64,000 bases of DNA from positions 1 through 64,000 of the forward strand of contig JBMSQQ010000004.1 in NCBI GenBank assembly GCA_049423385.1, read 5' to 3'. The position numbers and the translations under genes are program-made. Positions 48,887 through 57,865 of this stretch are shown here, in pieces (the first letter of the stretch is position 1; every line of letters starts with the position of its first letter). The DNA comes from Silvanigrellaceae bacterium (GTDB lineage Bacteria > Bdellovibrionota_B > Oligoflexia > Silvanigrellales > Silvanigrellaceae). The notes beneath the pieces are model-generated. The model worked only from the letters and a program-made list of their open reading frames with translations. It did no database searches and was not told the origin of the DNA.

Positions 48887-51178
48887 ATGAACACGCAACC
48901 GGAAAGGCTTGCCATTTGGTCGTTGCGGCATGGAACAATCTCGTTTCGAGGACTGGGCGAGATGGCCTCCGGCCAGCAGAGAATCTGCACCAACAACGGA
49001 ATTGTTGGAGGCGATGTCGTTGTGGTCATGGCATTGCCTTCGCCATCGCTCTACGCTGCCATGGTTGCGTTGATGGGATTGGGTTGTCCGGTTGTCTTCA
49101 TTGAGCCGTGGATGCCTGCAATTCAAATTGAGCAGGTTGTCGCGAGTCTTTCTCCCAAAGCGCTTTTCGTTGACACATTTGGCTTGCTCTGGAGTTTGCG
49201 CTCGCGTTCCTTGCGGTCACTCAGAAAGTTCAAAATCGACGAACGCGCCGATGGTTTTCCTGATGCTTCAATTCTGCAAATCCATCCGGTGGATCCCGCC
49301 AGGCCAGCAATTTATTCCTTCACCACAGGCACGACTGGAACTCCCAAGGGCGTTGTCAGGACACATGAATATCTTTGGAATCTTCATGAGACAATCGTCA
49401 AATACAGCGACGAATCCCTGCTTGATGGTCCCGATCTGACAATTTTTCCCAACCTTGTCTTGTTCCATATCGGCGCAGGTCGCGGTTCACTTTTGGTTCC
49501 TGCAAATTGGTCGCTGACGGCGTTGCAGAGAATTCGCGAGCTGAGCAGGGAATTACTGCCGCAATCTTTGTCTTGCGGCCCTGCATTTCTCAAAAGACTT
49601 CTCGACTACAACCTCCATCCACCTTCCTTGAAGTCGATACACGTGGGTGGAGCGATGATCGAGTGCGAGCTTTTGGAAGCCGCAGTGAAAGCATTCCCAC
49701 GTAGCAGTATCAAGCAGGTCTATGGTGGCACCGAGGTTGAGCCAATAGCGATTTGCGAAGCTCATGTGAGTTTGGAAAACTCGCGGCAAAAAGGATTTGT
49801 TCACGCCTTGAATGTTGGATTTCCGATTCAGGAATTGAAATCCACTTGGGATGAGAATGGAGTTCTGTGGGTGGCTGGTCCCAACGTCTGCCCAGAATAT
49901 GTGGGTGGCGGCGATGCCAACAAGCGCAATAAACGTCGCGACGCGGAAGGTGTCATCTGGCACCGGACAGGCGACAGGATTCTGCAGGACGACAAAGGTT
50001 TTTGGTATGCAGGCAGGGCAGAACAACCATTGGATGATTTTCTGTTTGAGCAAAAATTGTATGCCCGTCTTGGCCACTCACGTGCATTTCTTCACCGCGA
50101 CAGCAACTCGAACGGGATTATTGTGGCAGACGACAGTGTTCGCCATATTGAACAGGTTGCATCAGACATCGGTGCGCGCAAGTTCCAGGTCTGGAGAAGC
50201 ATCATTTTGCGTGACCGGCGGCATCGCTCAAGAATAGACAGGCTTGGAACCTGGCGAAAGGGACTCCGAATGCAAAGATGGTGGATCTATCTCAGGGAGC
50301 GAAGTCCATTGATGGTGTTGGTCTTGCTCTCTGCCGGGCCATTGGTCAGCGGGCTTTTTTTGGCTCAGGTTCACGGGCAATGTCCTGAGCTGCCCCGCGG
50401 GGTATGCCTGCAGGGCCAGCCTTCGTTGTTCTTGGCCGGTCTGTCGATATTTTCCTCCGTTTTGTTCATGGTTCTTGCCCGAATGATGGACGAGCTCAAG
50501 GATCACGAAAAAGACAAGCAGGCCAATCCGGGACGGCCTTTGCCGCGTGGGCTGATCTCTCCAGCCGAAATGAACCGTGGTGTTGTTCTCTTGTTTTTTG
50601 TGCTCCTTGCGGCATCCGCGGCTCATTTGTTTTTTTCTGCACCGCTGCAGGCCATGTTGATGGGAGTCTCGGCAATCTATCTTTGGTTGATGTACAAAGA
50701 GTTTTACATTGGCTCTTTTTTGGCTGCCTGGCCCTTGGCTTATGCATTGTCGCATCAAATGGTCGGAGTGCCGCTTTATCTTTATGGAGTGTCTCTTTTT
50801 TCTCCTGCTTTCATTCAGCAGGATTTGGCGTGGTTTTATGTTGGAATCAATGTATGCGCGTCGATCTCCTATGAATTCACCAGAAAACTGAAATCGGATG
50901 CACATCCGGCGGCGCGCACGTATCGGCAAATCTATGGTTTGAACAAGGCCGCCGCCATCGCGCTTGCATTTCAATTTGGCTCTTTTCTCTTGGCATTGAC
51001 AACGTATCGAAATGGGATCCCGGCGGTGCTCCCATTGATGGTTGTTCAGTCACTGGCTTCTTGCATGATTCTTCTTCAGGCGTGGCGGGATGCGCACCAC
51101 AAGTCTTCGGAGGGTGTGTCTGCTCTTGCTGTGCTTGCGGCTGCCTGGGTCGGTTTGTTTTCACTCTTTCGATTTTAG
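48887..51178 (+). CDS. OleC-like AMP-binding enzyme fused to a UbiA-family prenyltransferase
   Basis: FTTGTTGTPKG, YGGTEVEP, WHRTGD; then WIYLRERSP, RMMDELKDHEKD...RPLPRG, YEFTRK and multiple TMs; start uncertain. Confidence 0.85.
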   Translation: MNTQPERLAIWSLRHGTISFRGLGEMASGQQRICTNNGIVGGDVVVVMALPSPSLYAAMVALMGLGCPVVFIEPWMPAIQIEQVVASLSPKALFVDTFGLLWSLRSRSLRSLRKFKIDERADGFPDASILQIHPVDPARPAIYSFTTGTTGTPKGVVRTHEYLWNLHETIVKYSDESLLDGPDLTIFPNLVLFHIGAGRGSLLVPANWSLTALQRIRELSRELLPQSLSCGPAFLKRLLDYNLHPPSLKSIHVGGAMIECELLEAAVKAFPRSSIKQVYGGTEVEPIAICEAHVSLENSRQKGFVHALNVGFPIQELKSTWDENGVLWVAGPNVCPEYVGGGDANKRNKRRDAEGVIWHRTGDRILQDDKGFWYAGRAEQPLDDFLFEQKLYARLGHSRAFLHRDSNSNGIIVADDSVRHIEQVASDIGARKFQVWRSIILRDRRHRSRIDRLGTWRKGLRMQRWWIYLRERSPLMVLVLLSAGPLVSGLFLAQVHGQCPELPRGVCLQGQPSLFLAGLSIFSSVLFMVLARMMDELKDHEKDKQANPGRPLPRGLISPAEMNRGVVLLFFVLLAASAAHLFFSAPLQAMLMGVSAIYLWLMYKEFYIGSFLAAWPLAYALSHQMVGVPLYLYGVSLFSPAFIQQDLAWFYVGINVCASISYEFTRKLKSDAHPAARTYRQIYGLNKAAAIALAFQFGSFLLALTTYRNGIPAVLPLMVVQSLASCMILLQAWRDAHHKSSEGVSALAVLAAAWVGLFSLFRF

Positions 51179-51196
51179 TCTGCGGGAGTTGCTGCG

Positions 51197-53989
51197 ATGC
51201 CTGATTCAACCCTGAACTTTGTATTGAATGCTTCGACCTCATTGGAAGATTTTCGCAGGATCGGTGGTGGCAAGGCCTTTCACATGGCGAAGCTGTCGCA
51301 GGCTCGTTTTCCCGTTCCCGATTGGATTTGTTTGGGTTCCAATGCATTTGATCTTTTTCTTGAACAGCATGGGTTGCTGAGTGAACTTTCTCCGAACGGA
51401 CAAAATTTTGAGGAAGTTGAAAAGAATGTTGAGGAGCTTTTTCTTGGCAAGCAGATTCCGCTTCGCGTGCGTGAGGAGTTGATTCTTGAACTGGAACAAT
51501 CCGGTCTGATTGGTGCTCTGGTGGCTGTCCGATCGAGCGGACTGGACGAAGATTCCGGAGACAATTCTTTTGCGGGACAGTTTTCATCATTCCTTTTTCA
51601 GAAGGGACCCGATGCGATTTTTCGGAGCATCCTCCGTTGTTGGGCTTCGGGATGGTCGGCTCGTGCACTTTCATATCGAAGTGAACGTGGACTTGCGCTC
51701 ACCGGTATCAAAGTTGGGGTTGTCATTCAAAGGATGATCAATGCAGAGTCTGCTGGAGTGGCATTTTCCCGAAACCCGGTTGCAATGGCGGACCGGGAGA
51801 ACCTGCTGATCAGCAGTGTTTGGGGTTTGGGTGAAGGATTGGTGAGCGGATTGCTGCCGGCAGATGAGTTTAAGGTCAATAGAAAAACGCTTGAATACCA
51901 ACATGATCTTGCTGATAAAAAGAAAGCCTTGCGCCATGCACCGGCGGGTGGACTGATGGAAACTGAAGTCGATCCAGGCAAGGTGTCTGTTTCGAGTCTG
52001 ACAGCTTCGGATGTCCGGACGATTGCCAGGCTGGCAATCGACGTCGAAACGCAGTTTGGAGGACCGCAAGATATTGAATGGGCGGTGACAGGTGGTCAGG
52101 TTCACATCCTGCAAGCCCGACCCATCACCACGTTGCCGCCAGATGGAGTGTTTGATGAAAAGTGCGCCGGGCCTAATTATGTCTTGTGGGACAATTCAAA
52201 CATTATCGAAAGTTTTTGCGGGGTGACCACTCCTCTCACGTTCAGTCACGTGAGCCGATGCTACCAGGAAGTTTATTATCAATTCTGTCGATTGATGCTG
52301 GTTCCTGAAAAGGTGATTGGCGAGAACGAAGCCACTTTTCGCAATATGCTTGGTCTGATGAGGGGCAGGATTTATTACAACCTGGCCAACTGGTATCGGC
52401 TGCTTTATCTTTTTCCAGGAACAGCTCAGAGCAAGTCGTTCATGGAAACCATGATGGGTGTAAAGCAGGCGCTCAAGCCCGAAATAGCCGCTCTCTTTGA
52501 TTTCACCAATCGTCCGGTCAAGTATTCGCTTTTTGCGCGCCTGAGACTCGGATTCACCCTGGTGTCTCGATTGTTTTACATTCGGCCCCTGATTACCTCG
52601 TTTGAACATCGTGTTGACACCATTGTGGCAGAAGGCAAGCACAAGAATTTTCGAAACATGTCTCTGCAGGAGCAGGTTGAATACTACCACTCCCTGACGG
52701 ATCGGGTCTTGAAGCACTGGCAAGCACCCATTGTGAACGACACGCGCTGCATGGTGTTTTTTGGTTTTTTGAAAGCGATGGTTGATCGCTGGATATCAAA
52801 GGGAGGAGATGTTTCGACCTTGCAGAATGACTTGCTGTGTGGACAGGGCGACCTTGAAAGCACTGAGCCAACTCGCATGCTGATGCGGATTGCGGCTTTG
52901 GTGGACAATGGTCCTGAAAATCGTCGCAGCTGGTTCATGACGACATCTGCGCGCGAAGCCTGGACGGCAATGCTGGAAAAGGGAGTGTTTCCTGAACTTT
53001 TTCTCAAGTTCAAGGAATTTCTGGACATGTATGGATTCCGCTGTGTCAATGAATTGAAACTGGAGGAGTTTGATCTGCACGACGATCCTTCGTTTGCGCT
53101 TGAAGCGGTGGCCAGTTACGTCCGGATGAAGAGTTATTCCATCGAGGCCATGGAGGAGCGTGAGCGGGAGATCCGGAAAAAGGCCGAGACTCAAGCGAAC
53201 GAGAAATTGGGCGGCTTGTTTGGTTTCATTAAAAAGCCAATCTTCTATTGGATTCTGGACCATGCCCGAAGTGCGGTGCGCGATCGTGAAAATCTCAGGT
53301 TCGACAGAACAAAAACGTTTGGAATTGTTCGTCACTTGTTCCGTGGATTTGGCGCCAATCTGGCTTCGTTGGGGGCAATCGATCATCCAGAGGATGTGTT
53401 CTATCTCACAATCGAGGAGATTATTGCCTACACTGAAGGTCGATCCTCGAGTCTGCTGCTCAAAAACATCGCCGTGATGAGAAAATCCGAATTCGATGAA
53501 TATCGCAATACGCCTGCACCTCCCGATCGGTTCACGACCCGCGGCGCAGTGGGAGCTTCCCTGAAATGGTCTCAGATTCTTGCGGCAAATGATCTTCTTG
53601 CTTCCGAGTTGCCTGTCTCGGATGATCCGAATGTTTTGCTCGGGACAGCCTGTTGCCCGGGAGTTGTTGAAGGAGTTGTGAGGGTGGTTGTGAACATGTC
53701 GGATGCACAGGGACTCAATGGCGAGATTCTTGTGACGGAACGGACCGACCCAGGGTGGGTTCCGCTCTATCCAGCGTGCAGCGGGCTCTTGATTGAAAGA
53801 GGAAGTTTACTTTCCCACTCTGCCGTTGTTGCCCGGGAACTTGGCCTGCCGACGATTGTTGGTGTGCGTGGTGGCTTGGTCAGTCGTCTCAAAAGCGGGA
53901 TGAGGGTTCGCATGGATGCCGCACGCGGCGAGATAATGATACTTTCTCAATCGGGAGATGCTTCAATTTCGAATGGAGAGCCATCATGA
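51197..53989 (+). CDS. PEP-utilising-type dikinase with rifampin phosphotransferase-like architecture (ATP-grasp, central domain, His swivel)
   Basis: GGKA, AVRSS..EDS...SFAGQF, QDIEW, LQARPIT; C-terminal TDPGW and LSHSAVVARELG. Confidence 0.9.
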   Translation: MPDSTLNFVLNASTSLEDFRRIGGGKAFHMAKLSQARFPVPDWICLGSNAFDLFLEQHGLLSELSPNGQNFEEVEKNVEELFLGKQIPLRVREELILELEQSGLIGALVAVRSSGLDEDSGDNSFAGQFSSFLFQKGPDAIFRSILRCWASGWSARALSYRSERGLALTGIKVGVVIQRMINAESAGVAFSRNPVAMADRENLLISSVWGLGEGLVSGLLPADEFKVNRKTLEYQHDLADKKKALRHAPAGGLMETEVDPGKVSVSSLTASDVRTIARLAIDVETQFGGPQDIEWAVTGGQVHILQARPITTLPPDGVFDEKCAGPNYVLWDNSNIIESFCGVTTPLTFSHVSRCYQEVYYQFCRLMLVPEKVIGENEATFRNMLGLMRGRIYYNLANWYRLLYLFPGTAQSKSFMETMMGVKQALKPEIAALFDFTNRPVKYSLFARLRLGFTLVSRLFYIRPLITSFEHRVDTIVAEGKHKNFRNMSLQEQVEYYHSLTDRVLKHWQAPIVNDTRCMVFFGFLKAMVDRWISKGGDVSTLQNDLLCGQGDLESTEPTRMLMRIAALVDNGPENRRSWFMTTSAREAWTAMLEKGVFPELFLKFKEFLDMYGFRCVNELKLEEFDLHDDPSFALEAVASYVRMKSYSIEAMEEREREIRKKAETQANEKLGGLFGFIKKPIFYWILDHARSAVRDRENLRFDRTKTFGIVRHLFRGFGANLASLGAIDHPEDVFYLTIEEIIAYTEGRSSSLLLKNIAVMRKSEFDEYRNTPAPPDRFTTRGAVGASLKWSQILAANDLLASELPVSDDPNVLLGTACCPGVVEGVVRVVVNMSDAQGLNGEILVTERTDPGWVPLYPACSGLLIERGSLLSHSAVVARELGLPTIVGVRGGLVSRLKSGMRVRMDAARGEIMILSQSGDASISNGEPS

Positions 53990-54672
53990 ACAGAGATGAA
54001 CTTTTCGAAGGCCGCAGCATTTCATTGACCTATCCCATGGGCGACGTCGAGGTGCCGGCACTCACGAACGTTGATTTCAAGATTCAATCGGGACGATTCA
54101 CCTGTCTTGCAGGGCCTTCGGGTTCCGGCAAATCGACACTGCTGAACCTCCTGGGCCTCATCGAGCCTTTGCAGAAGGGTGTTCTCTGCTATTTCGGAAA
54201 ATCCCTGGTTGGTTTGCCGGAAGCCGAGATGAATCGCATCCGTCGACATGAGATTGGTTTTGTTTTTCAGAGCTTTCATTTGATTGATGTTCTCTCGGCA
54301 GAGGAAAATGTGGAATATTTTTTGGCTCGGCAAGGTAAGCCGGTTCTGGAAAGAGCCGCAGCGGCACGAACTGCTCTTGAGTGGGTTGGTCTCGCGGATC
54401 ATCGGCACAAGCGTCCGCAACAAATGAGTGGTGGACAACGACAACGTGTCGCATTGGCGCGTGCACTTGCGAAAAATCCAAAAGTCATCATTGCAGATGA
54501 GCCAACTGCAAATCTTGATTCAAAAACGGGAGCCGAGGTGCTTTCCTTGTTGCAAAAGATTTGTCGTGAACACGGACACTCGGTGGTGATGGCGAGCCAT
54601 GATCCGCAGGCCATAAGTCTTGCCGACAGGGTCCTTCGTCTGCGGGATGGCCGCTGTGTGGAGGAAGGTTGA
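53986..54672 (+). CDS. ABC transporter ATP-binding protein (LolD/MacB-like)
   Basis: GPSGSGKS, GFVFQSF, MSGGQRQR, ADEPTANLD. Confidence 0.93.
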   Translation: MNRDELFEGRSISLTYPMGDVEVPALTNVDFKIQSGRFTCLAGPSGSGKSTLLNLLGLIEPLQKGVLCYFGKSLVGLPEAEMNRIRRHEIGFVFQSFHLIDVLSAEENVEYFLARQGKPVLERAAAARTALEWVGLADHRHKRPQQMSGGQRQRVALARALAKNPKVIIADEPTANLDSKTGAEVLSLLQKICREHGHSVVMASHDPQAISLADRVLRLRDGRCVEEG

Positions 54673-54673
54673 C

Positions 54674-55882
54674 ATGCTGTTGAAGGTTGCGATTCGAAGT
54701 TTGCTCCGCAACAAGCGACGCACAGCCGTGACTCTTGCGACGGTGGCTGTGGGCGCGGCCGCCTTGTTTGTCTTCCGTGGTTTCAACACCGGTTTGTTGA
54801 ACGAGTATCGGACCAATGCAATTCACGCGCACTACGGAAACGGTCAGGTGAACACCACAGGCTATAGGGACAAGGTGCTCCCCAAGCCCTGGGAGGCTTG
54901 GATTCCCGAAGCAGACAACGTTTTGCAAACACTTCAGTCGATTGATGGAGTGGAAAGAGTCTTTCCCCGGCTGGAATTCGCTGCGCTTGTCTCGAACGGA
55001 ACACGCTCACTGGGGTCGCGTGGGGTTGGGATCGACGGAAAAGCTGAAAGCGATTTCTTCTACACAATCAACGTGACGCAAGGGCAAGCTTTGCGGGATG
55101 AAAGCGAGGGTATCGTGCTTGGCAAGGGCCTCGCGTACTCACTGGATGTTGGCATTGGCAGTCAAATCACATTGCTGACAAATACAATCCACGGAACTCT
55201 CAACGGTGCAGATTTCAAGGTCGTCGGGATTTTTCACACTGGCTCCCGCGAGCTTGATGATGCATTTTTCCAGATCCAATTGCCTCAGGCGCAGCGACTG
55301 ATGGATACCGATAAAATTGAAAAAGTCTCGCTTGGTTTGCGCAATCACGATGACTGGAAAAAGGTCTCGGCAACAATCGAAAGTCGGCTTCCTGGTCTGG
55401 AGGCCACGCCATTCGAGATTCTCGACAAAATTTATTATCAGAACTCGGTTGATTTCTTGAACGCACAATATGCCATTGTCAGGTTGATCATCCTTTTTGT
55501 AGTTGTGCTTGGAATTTTCAACACGGCAACGTCCTCCATTCTCGAGCGCACCCAGGAAATCGGGATGCTGCGTGCGAATGGTGAATCGAAACGGGATATA
55601 CTCTCCTTGATTGCGATGGAAGGTTGTATTTCTGCGATCCTTGGCGCTGTCGTTGGCATTGCTTTTGTATATCTTGTGAACTTGACGCTTCTCAAGGACG
55701 GATTCTACATGCCACCGGGGCCTGGAATCACGCGTTCCTTCAAGACGTTCATTGAGCTTCAACTTCCAATGGCAATTGAGGCGCTTGTGCTTGTGGTGGT
55801 GGCGGGGTGTTTGGGCAGTCTTTTGGCAGCCTCCAAAGTCCTGCGTATGTCCATCAGTCAGGCATTGCGGCAGGCAGGTTGA
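54674..55882 (+). CDS. ABC transporter permease (FtsX/LolE-like)
   Basis: RNKRRT, periplasmic MacB-like region, ERTQEIGMLRANG. Confidence 0.9.
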   Translation: MLLKVAIRSLLRNKRRTAVTLATVAVGAAALFVFRGFNTGLLNEYRTNAIHAHYGNGQVNTTGYRDKVLPKPWEAWIPEADNVLQTLQSIDGVERVFPRLEFAALVSNGTRSLGSRGVGIDGKAESDFFYTINVTQGQALRDESEGIVLGKGLAYSLDVGIGSQITLLTNTIHGTLNGADFKVVGIFHTGSRELDDAFFQIQLPQAQRLMDTDKIEKVSLGLRNHDDWKKVSATIESRLPGLEATPFEILDKIYYQNSVDFLNAQYAIVRLIILFVVVLGIFNTATSSILERTQEIGMLRANGESKRDILSLIAMEGCISAILGAVVGIAFVYLVNLTLLKDGFYMPPGPGITRSFKTFIELQLPMAIEALVLVVVAGCLGSLLAASKVLRMSISQALRQAG

Positions 55883-55888
55883 CGACTC

Positions 55889-56584
55889 ATGGCATTGGCA
55901 TGGCTGGAATGGAACGGAGTCGTCTATTGGGTGGAATATCAACGCAGGCCCTTTGAGCCTCGTTCTGCTGTTGCCGCCCTGATTGAAGGGATTTGGCAGA
56001 GCTTTCCTGCATCGGCCCATTTTATGTTGAGAAGCCGTATCTTTTCGACCGAGAGTCCAACCCAATTGTGCCGTGGGATTGTGATTGTTTGTGCAAAGCG
56101 GATGACTCACGTGGATATTGTTCCCCATGAATTGATGAGCAGGATGAGGCTTTGCGACAAGGCTGTGAACGTGAATTTCGACAAATTTAATCATTCGTCA
56201 TCACTTTTGAACTCGGTGCCCCAGCACTCTGGAGTGAAAGCTGAGCAGAACCGTTCGATTGAATGTTGGCTGCTGTCGCGCGAGGGTCGACTCCTGGCGA
56301 CAGCCCCAAACACTGCGGGCCGAGATCGCACCCGACACGCGGAAATGAATCTTTTGAAAAACTGGTGGCAACGTGAAAGAAGACCGTTGCCGCGCGGCGG
56401 TCGTCTTTGGGTCACTTTGGAGCCATGTTCAATGTGTGCGGGTGCCATTTGGGAATGTGTCGAAGACAAAGCAGATTTCAAGGTTCTCTTCCTTGAGCAG
56501 GATTTTGGCTCAGCCGCGGCGCGGTCCGTCTTGCGGGGCCACGACATTCTTGAACACTGTCCAAACGTTGGTCATCAGTTTTAA
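55889..56584 (+). CDS. Bd3614-type zinc-dependent nucleic acid deaminase
   Basis: HAEMNL and TLEPCSMCAG deaminase motifs, plus an N-terminal domain (SAVAALIEG...LCRGIV). Confidence 0.75.
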   Translation: MALAWLEWNGVVYWVEYQRRPFEPRSAVAALIEGIWQSFPASAHFMLRSRIFSTESPTQLCRGIVIVCAKRMTHVDIVPHELMSRMRLCDKAVNVNFDKFNHSSSLLNSVPQHSGVKAEQNRSIECWLLSREGRLLATAPNTAGRDRTRHAEMNLLKNWWQRERRPLPRGGRLWVTLEPCSMCAGAIWECVEDKADFKVLFLEQDFGSAAARSVLRGHDILEHCPNVGHQF

Positions 56585-56616
56585 TCCCAAGAATCCGAAA
56601 GTATTATTCTTTTTTT

Positions 56617-56632
56617 TGGCCTCCAACTTGCT
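56617..56632 (+). promoter_or_regulatory. Sigma-54 -24/-12 promoter upstream of the L,D-transpeptidase gene
   Basis: TGGC-CTCCAAC-TTGCT; about 55 bp before the ATG. Confidence 0.6.
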
Positions 56633-56685
56633 CAAGGGCCGTCACGGCGCCATCGAGCGCAGTCTGTTTTTTTGGGGGGTTCACC

Positions 56686-57774
56686 ATGTCTCTTTCAACC
56701 AAATCGCCATTTGTGACGATCGCTTGGACTCAGCTGTGTGCGGGTTTGTTGGCAGTCGCTGCTGTGGGATGTTCTTCCCAATCAAATTCCACCGACGGCT
56801 CCGAAACCGATGCCCAGACCATGTGGATGAAATCGAGCAGCACAGATGATGCCACCGTTGAAAAGGCGCTCTCATCTGCACTTGCATTCAGAATCAATCT
56901 TCAAACCAACCGTGCCAGTTTGTACAAGGGTGGAAACGTTGTCGACCAATGGAACATTGCCTCCGCAGATGTGACAGGCGAGTTTCACGACAAAATTCCA
57001 CAAACAACTCCGACGGGAATCTTTGCGGTTGAAGATATGCAGGTATGTCCTGAATGGTTGCCTCGCGCTCCCAAGGATCCAAAGACAGGAAAGACCGCGG
57101 CAAATGAACAGGAAAGAATGGCTATCATCAAGGCCAATCCAGATCTCTTTGGCCCCTGTGGGGCAAAGAATCCGTTGGGCAGCTACGTGATTTGGTTCCA
57201 TGGTGAGTATGGTGTTCATGGCAACGCCGCTGAGTGGATACTTGAGATACCAGATGCCGAGCAACGGCGTGTGTCGGGTGGCTGCATCCGTAATCCCAAT
57301 TCACGAATCAAGCAGTTGTTTCATACGGTCATAGACATGTTCCCGGTTCTTTCTGGTTTCAAGAATTCTGTCCTTGATATGGAAAAGGCATCCAGCAAAG
57401 ACAAAAAAACATTGACCCAATCTTTGTCGGCAGTTGACATGAAGGTTGTGGTTGGGCGTTGGACAAACGATCCTTCCTTGGGTTCAAAAGCGAATTCAAA
57501 TCCTGCAGCTGGTCCAACAGCGACGCCAACTCCGACGGCAGTCAGCAAGAAGATGAGTTGCAATATCGTTGTGGTGGACCCTGTGATTGGAATTGCTCCC
57601 TATCATTCGGCAATGCCGACAAAGCCTTGGAACCAGTATCAGCAATACGATGGATTCTTCAGCATGGGGGATGACGTGTTGGTGAATGAAGAGGTCGCAG
57701 GTACAAGTTACGTCAGAACGTCCCGGGGATTCCTGGAAAAGAAATATATTGGAAATTGTCGAATCCAGAACTGA
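56686..57774 (+). CDS. L,D-transpeptidase family lipoprotein
   Basis: Lipobox AVGC; TPTG, NPLG, YGVHG...VSGGCIR. Confidence 0.87.
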   Translation: MSLSTKSPFVTIAWTQLCAGLLAVAAVGCSSQSNSTDGSETDAQTMWMKSSSTDDATVEKALSSALAFRINLQTNRASLYKGGNVVDQWNIASADVTGEFHDKIPQTTPTGIFAVEDMQVCPEWLPRAPKDPKTGKTAANEQERMAIIKANPDLFGPCGAKNPLGSYVIWFHGEYGVHGNAAEWILEIPDAEQRRVSGGCIRNPNSRIKQLFHTVIDMFPVLSGFKNSVLDMEKASSKDKKTLTQSLSAVDMKVVVGRWTNDPSLGSKANSNPAAGPTATPTPTAVSKKMSCNIVVVDPVIGIAPYHSAMPTKPWNQYQQYDGFFSMGDDVLVNEEVAGTSYVRTSRGFLEKKYIGNCRIQN

Positions 57775-57811
57775 CTTGAAAAAGTCGGCCTGTTCTGGCC
57801 TCATGCACGTC

Positions 57812-57842
57812 GCCCCGGATCATTTCTGGTCCGGGGCTTTTT
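57812..57842 (+). terminator. Intrinsic terminator
   Basis: GCCCCGGATCA-TTTC-TGGTCCGGGGC followed by a T-tract. Confidence 0.8.
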
Positions 57843-57865
57843 GCTTTCTGTTTTTTTCTTGGAAC

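Noticed and set aside
51197..53989. Calling this gene ppsA or a rifampin resistance gene
   Set aside because: The domain order (His domain last, no PEP-binding barrel) excludes PpsA. The biosynthetic context argues against calling it rph without substrate data.
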